Source: a virus
Taxonomy: Duplodnaviria > Caudoviricetes
Virus record (IMG/VR): IMGVR_UViG_3300020599_000013
Location: 1-38,118 of that record
Length of the DNA: 38,118 nt
Strand: one strand, 5' to 3'
The notes under the pieces: model-generated
Database searches by the model: none
The model's input: only the letters and a program-made list of their open reading frames with translations
Told to the model about the DNA's origin: nothing
Position numbers and translations under genes: made by a program
Shown: piece by piece, positions 34,654 to 38,118 of the stretch
Layout: the number at the start of each line of letters is the position of its first letter
Numbering within the stretch: the stretch's first letter is position 1

Positions 34654-35418
34654 TCACTCCTGGGCCTGCGCGGCCATGCGTTCTTTGTGCTTGGCGGCGG
34701 CTCCTTCAAGCGCCGCGATCTCTGCGTCGACTCGGTCGTAGGGGATTTGCGAAGCATCAGGCCATACGGCTGCGAACTTCTTCTGAGCGCCTGGACTGCA
34801 TTGGGATAGGACGGCCTGAAGACGCAGCAACTGGACCTGAGTGATGAGCTTGGTTGCCTTCGGTGGACGGCCATCGTCGTCATCGCCCTGCTCGGATAGG
34901 CCGGTGATCGCCTTCAGCGTGTAGCGCTCCAGATAGGTCTTGGTGCTGGCCCTGGCCTGAATGGCGTTCTTCGCGCCACCAGTGTCCGGCGGCCCGCCCA
35001 TGCTGACGCTTTCCTCGTGGCCTCCTACATGGCGGAGGTAGCAGGTCACCTCCATCCAGTCCTTGTCGTCTTTGGTGAGCTTCCAGGATGAGGACAGGCC
35101 GTGCTTGGAAAGTGCAGGGGTTACGGCGTTGACCACGTCGTGGAGTTCGGCATAGCTCTTGCCCTTGAGCGGCCCATCAGTGACGTCCTTGCCCTTGATG
35201 ATCACCACGGCCTCTGCTTTGAAATTGGCGAAGGCGGCGTCGTAGGCCTTCTTTGCCTCAGACTTCTCCCAGCGCTCCTGCAGGTCCATCATCTTCTCGA
35301 CCTGTTCCAGCGTTGCACCTTGCTGCACCGCGGCGAGCATCATCCCCATCGGGGAGTTGGCAGCCAGCGCGGGGGCGTTGGCGATGGGCTTTGAGGGGGC
35401 TTCGATAACCTCGTTCAT
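34654..35418 (-). CDS. ERF-family single-strand annealing protein (start MNEVIE)
   Basis: YAELHDVV..V.PALSKHGL, LRHVGGHEE, QARASTKTYLERYTL.AITGL, DDDG. Confidence 0.85.
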   Translation of the reverse strand: MNEVIEAPSKPIANAPALAANSPMGMMLAAVQQGATLEQVEKMMDLQERWEKSEAKKAYDAAFANFKAEAVVIIKGKDVTDGPLKGKSYAELHDVVNAVTPALSKHGLSSSWKLTKDDKDWMEVTCYLRHVGGHEESVSMGGPPDTGGAKNAIQARASTKTYLERYTLKAITGLSEQGDDDDGRPPKATKLITQVQLLRLQAVLSQCSPGAQKKFAAVWPDASQIPYDRVDAEIAALEGAAAKHKERMAAQAQE

Positions 35419-35425
35419 GGCGACC

Positions 35426-36487
35426 TCAGAAATTGATGGTGACGTTGGGAACTTCACGCCGGGCAATCTTCAGGATGATTGCCTTTGCCAGTTCCTCGGA
35501 GATGTTCATGGAGATCAGGGCATCCTTTGCTTCGCCCATGATCTTTGCTTTGTGCGCTCTGTCCTTCTCGCGAGCCTCTGTCTCAGCCTGGATACGAGCT
35601 TGTTCATCGGCCTGGCGCTGGCGCTCTGCTGCGGCGGCTGCCTCGACACGGGCCTGGGCATCACGCTCTGCCTGTTCGGCGCGGCGCTGTGCTTCCACCT
35701 TCTCGCGCTCGGCGTGCTCGGCCTGCAGCTTCAGTTCCAGCTCGCGGCGCTCAGCGGCAGCCTTGGCTTCTGCTTCGCGGCGAGTGGTGGCGTCGCGTTC
35801 TTCCTGGGCTCGGCGTTCGGCGGCAAGGCGCTCAGCTTCAGCAGCCTCCCGAGCAATACGCTCCTCGCGCTCCTTCTGCTCGCGGGCGGCGGCTTCGGCG
35901 CGTAGGCGCTCCAGTTCTGCCTGCTCGGCTTCGAACTTCTCACGGGCTAGCAGGGCTTCGCGGAGAGCGATCAGAGCTTTGTCTTTGGCGCGGGCGGCCT
36001 CGGCTTCGAACTCTTGCCAGGCTTCGCTGATGGCCAGGCCTTCCAGCCAAGCGATGTTGGCCTTGAGCTCGGCAGAGTCCAGGTCGCGGCATTCCAGGCG
36101 AAGGTTGATCTTGTCGATCTCGCCCTGATGGCGAGCCACCCGTGCAGCCTCGGCCTCTTCCCACTCGGTCAGCGGTCGGCGCACCTCGTCCTTCCAGGCG
36201 TCCAGCAGATCGCGCATCCGCTTGCGCTCGGCGTCGATCTTCTTCGGGACTTCTTTCAGATCGGCCACCAGTTCCTTGCCGATGTTGTCCAGGGCAGTCT
36301 TGGAACGCGCCACCTTGTGCGCAATTGAGGCGATAGCCTCACGGCCCTTGCGGGTGCTTACGTCCGGATCGAAGGCGTCAATCTCTGTGCGAATCTGCTG
36401 CAGGTACGGATCAAGGCCGTTCTCGGTGCTGTAGACCTGCAGGGCGTTTTCCTTGGGTACCAGGGCAATTTCAGTCGCTGCGTTCAC
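35426..36487 (-). CDS. Coiled-coil phage protein (family often labelled TolA-like)
   Basis: KGREAIASIAHKVARSKT, LKEVPKKIDAERKRMRD.LD, long E/R/A-rich helix. Confidence 0.8.
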   Translation of the reverse strand: MNAATEIALVPKENALQVYSTENGLDPYLQQIRTEIDAFDPDVSTRKGREAIASIAHKVARSKTALDNIGKELVADLKEVPKKIDAERKRMRDLLDAWKDEVRRPLTEWEEAEAARVARHQGEIDKINLRLECRDLDSAELKANIAWLEGLAISEAWQEFEAEAARAKDKALIALREALLAREKFEAEQAELERLRAEAAAREQKEREERIAREAAEAERLAAERRAQEERDATTRREAEAKAAAERRELELKLQAEHAEREKVEAQRRAEQAERDAQARVEAAAAAERQRQADEQARIQAETEAREKDRAHKAKIMGEAKDALISMNISEELAKAIILKIARREVPNVTINF

Positions 36488-36654
36488 GCGTGGTTATCCT
36501 TGCCGCGCGGTGCGCAGCTGGTAGAGGGAAGGGAAAGGCGCTTACGGCGCCACTCGGCCAGGTCGCTCGGGCGTAGAAAAGGGCACTCCGAGCCTTGGCT
36601 GCCGGGGTTTTCACACCTGGCACTATCCGGCTGATCCAGTCGCAGATATCCGGT

Positions 36655-36810
36655 TTACCGGCCCGCTGCGCTCGGGTGCGTGATTGGGTACTGAGGCGAC
36701 TCGATGCTGTACCGCCCCGCGATGGAGTCGGCGAACTCGATGGCCTTGAAGAACAGGAGCATGGCGACGATGGCGAGGATCAGGCCGTTGCGGAGGGCTT
36801 TGCGGAGCAT
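36655..36810 (-). CDS. 51-aa membrane peptide MLRKALRNGLILAIVAMLLFFKAIEF... (not in ORF track)
   Basis: RBS ggagg; one TM helix; starts 2 nt after the upstream stop. Confidence 0.6.
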   Translation of the reverse strand: MLRKALRNGLILAIVAMLLFFKAIEFADSIAGRYSIESPQYPITHPSAAGR

Positions 36811-36812
36811 GG

Positions 36813-37166
36813 CTAACCTCCCAGCGCTGCGATGTCATCCTCGGAAAGCCCAACCTGCCGGGCTCGTTCCAGCGCCTCTGCACGGCGCCGGTCGGCCGCT
36901 CTTGCAATCTCGATGCGCGCATCTGCCTCGAGATCCTTCTGCGATGGAGCGATAATTTCGACCGGTGCGCACCAGTTATTCCGGTGCCAGATCGCTTCCT
37001 GCTGCACGACCTTGGCATCCGATCCCTGAACATCTTTTCCCTTGCCGAGGCGGACGGCCGTGGACTCGCAGGAGCACACGTACCGAGGCAGCAGCGGCCC
37101 ACGTCCTTCGGTGAGGTCAGCGTTCACCCAGACAACCCAAACGGGTTTGGTTTCGTGCTCGGTCAT
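36813..37166 (-). CDS. Hypothetical protein (MTEHETKPVWVVWVNADLTEGRG)
   Basis: ATGA overlap; 117 aa. Confidence 0.7.
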   Translation of the reverse strand: MTEHETKPVWVVWVNADLTEGRGPLLPRYVCSCESTAVRLGKGKDVQGSDAKVVQQEAIWHRNNWCAPVEIIAPSQKDLEADARIEIARAADRRRAEALERARQVGLSEDDIAALGG

Positions 37167-37276
37167 GGCGTCACCATCCCCACAAAGGCCCAGGCGAATG
37201 CCAGGACGCCGCCCACGAAAAAGGCCGCGAAGAATGTGGTCTTGGCGGCCTTGGTCAGGTCGATGGTGATTGTCAT
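37163..37276 (-). CDS. 37-aa membrane peptide MTITIDLTKAAKTTFFAAFFVGGVLAFAWAFVGMVTP
   Basis: RBS aggagg; ATGA overlaps at both ends. Confidence 0.6.
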   Translation of the reverse strand: MTITIDLTKAAKTTFFAAFFVGGVLAFAWAFVGMVTP

Positions 37277-37674
37277 GCCGCCTCCTGCGCTGCCATGTAC
37301 AGCCGGTAGATTTCGTCCTGCTTGGCATTGACCAGGTCTCCGGCAATGTCGCGGACGGTATCCTTGCCGATGAAGCAGCGAAGCAGCCGCTTTACCTCGG
37401 ATATGTCGTTGTTCTCTGCAGCCACCACAGCCTGCGCCAGGTAGCACTCGTGGTCCTGCTTGATGGCCTTCTCAGCGGCGTCCTGCACCTTGATGCACAG
37501 GATGTCAGCCTCAACCAGCAGGACTCCGGCGAATCGGACCTGGCCGCGCTGGATCAGGTCATCGACGGCACAGTAGTGGATGTTTGCCCACTCGGTACTG
37601 GACGACCAAGGGAGAGCGTCGTCAGGCACCATGGCGTCATACGCCGCCTGGGCGCGTTGGAGTTTGGCGTTCAT
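37273..37674 (-). CDS. Hypothetical protein (MNAKLQRAQAAYDAMVP)
   Basis: RBS aggag; 133 aa. Confidence 0.7.
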   Translation of the reverse strand: MNAKLQRAQAAYDAMVPDDALPWSSSTEWANIHYCAVDDLIQRGQVRFAGVLLVEADILCIKVQDAAEKAIKQDHECYLAQAVVAAENNDISEVKRLLRCFIGKDTVRDIAGDLVNAKQDEIYRLYMAAQEAA

Positions 37675-37772
37675 GGCTTCCTCCTGGGAGGGAGTTAGGA
37701 GCGAACGCCGGGCACTTCCCCGGACGTGTCAGGTCTGGCTGATCAAGCCCCTCGACTCGTTCGCTGTTCTGG

Positions 37773-38118
37773 TCATTCGTCGACTTCGACGAACTCGCCT
37801 TCGGAATTCAGCTGGTACCAGGTGTCGGGCAGGATGCCGTCCTGGCCGGCGATGGCTGCCTTGATATGCACGATTCGGGCGTAGTCATCGCCTTCCGCGT
37901 CGGTGTCTCGGTAGCAGAGGACGATGGCGCTACCGGCGGATGCCTTGGCTTTGCCTTCGATGCCGGCGGCCAGAGCCACCGAGTGCCGGCCGGTGCTCGA
38001 CGCCGCGCCCTGGTAGCCGGTGCTCGACGCCGCGCCGTAGTCGCCGGTGCTCGACGCCGCGCCCTGGTAGCCGGTGCTCGACGCCGCGCCCTGGTAGCCG
38101 GTGCTCGACGCCGCGCCG
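37773..38118 (-). CDS. 5'-truncated phage protein with 9-aa (YQ/DY)GAASSTG repeats and a DGILPDTWYQL...GEFVEV C-terminus
   Basis: Frame is open from the window edge through the repeats into the tracked ORF 37773-37979. Confidence 0.8.
   Translation of the reverse strand, partial: GAASSTGYQGAASSTGYQGAASSTGDYGAASSTGYQGAASSTGRHSVALAAGIEGKAKASAGSAIVLCYRDTDAEGDDYARIVHIKAAIAGQDGILPDTWYQLNSEGEFVEVDE
37989..38118. repeat. 27-bp coding tandem repeat, about 4.8 copies up to the window edge
   Basis: GCCGGTGCTCGACGCCGCGCC(CTGGTA/GTAGTC) at 37989, 38016, 38043, 38070 and 38097. Confidence 0.95.

Noticed and set aside
37699-37766. Hammerhead ribozyme
   Set aside because: Three stems are present but the CUGANGA and GAAA core is absent.
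37989-38118. CRISPR array
   Set aside because: Units are contiguous 27-mers with only a 6-bp variable slot, in frame within a CDS; no spacers or cas genes.

Overview
About 38 kb of a temperate, long-tailed (siphovirus-type) phage. The host is most likely Pseudomonas, inferred from the high GC content, the lysis genes and a Pseudomonas-type GH19 endolysin remnant. The + strand (1-26.5 kb) is the late operon: terS, terL, a fused prohead protease/major capsid gene placed before the portal, head-tail genes, tail tube, chaperones with a -1 frameshift, tape measure, a GTA-like tail tip, tail fibre, lambda-R-type endolysin and nested Rz/Rz1. The - strand (26.9-38.1 kb) is the early-left arm: integrase, excisionase, small accessory genes, a C5 DNA methyltransferase, exonuclease and ERF recombinase. 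Lysis genes and int are joined by what looks like an intact attP, so this appears to be the excised form. Main findings: (1) the attP encodes an unannotated 24-aa replacement N-terminus for the host mismatch-repair gene mutS (MSKRKTFPEPSGDGLAAHTPMMQQ*) just behind int; (2) a Maf/GT42-like transferase, a GT9-like glycosyltransferase and a SAM methyltransferase sit inside the neck genes, a candidate virion-glycosylation system; (3) several structured RNA leaders may gate ribosome-binding sites; (4) a two-frame nested C5 methyltransferase lies behind a G10-frameshifted gene. All functional calls come from reading motifs by eye; no searches were run.
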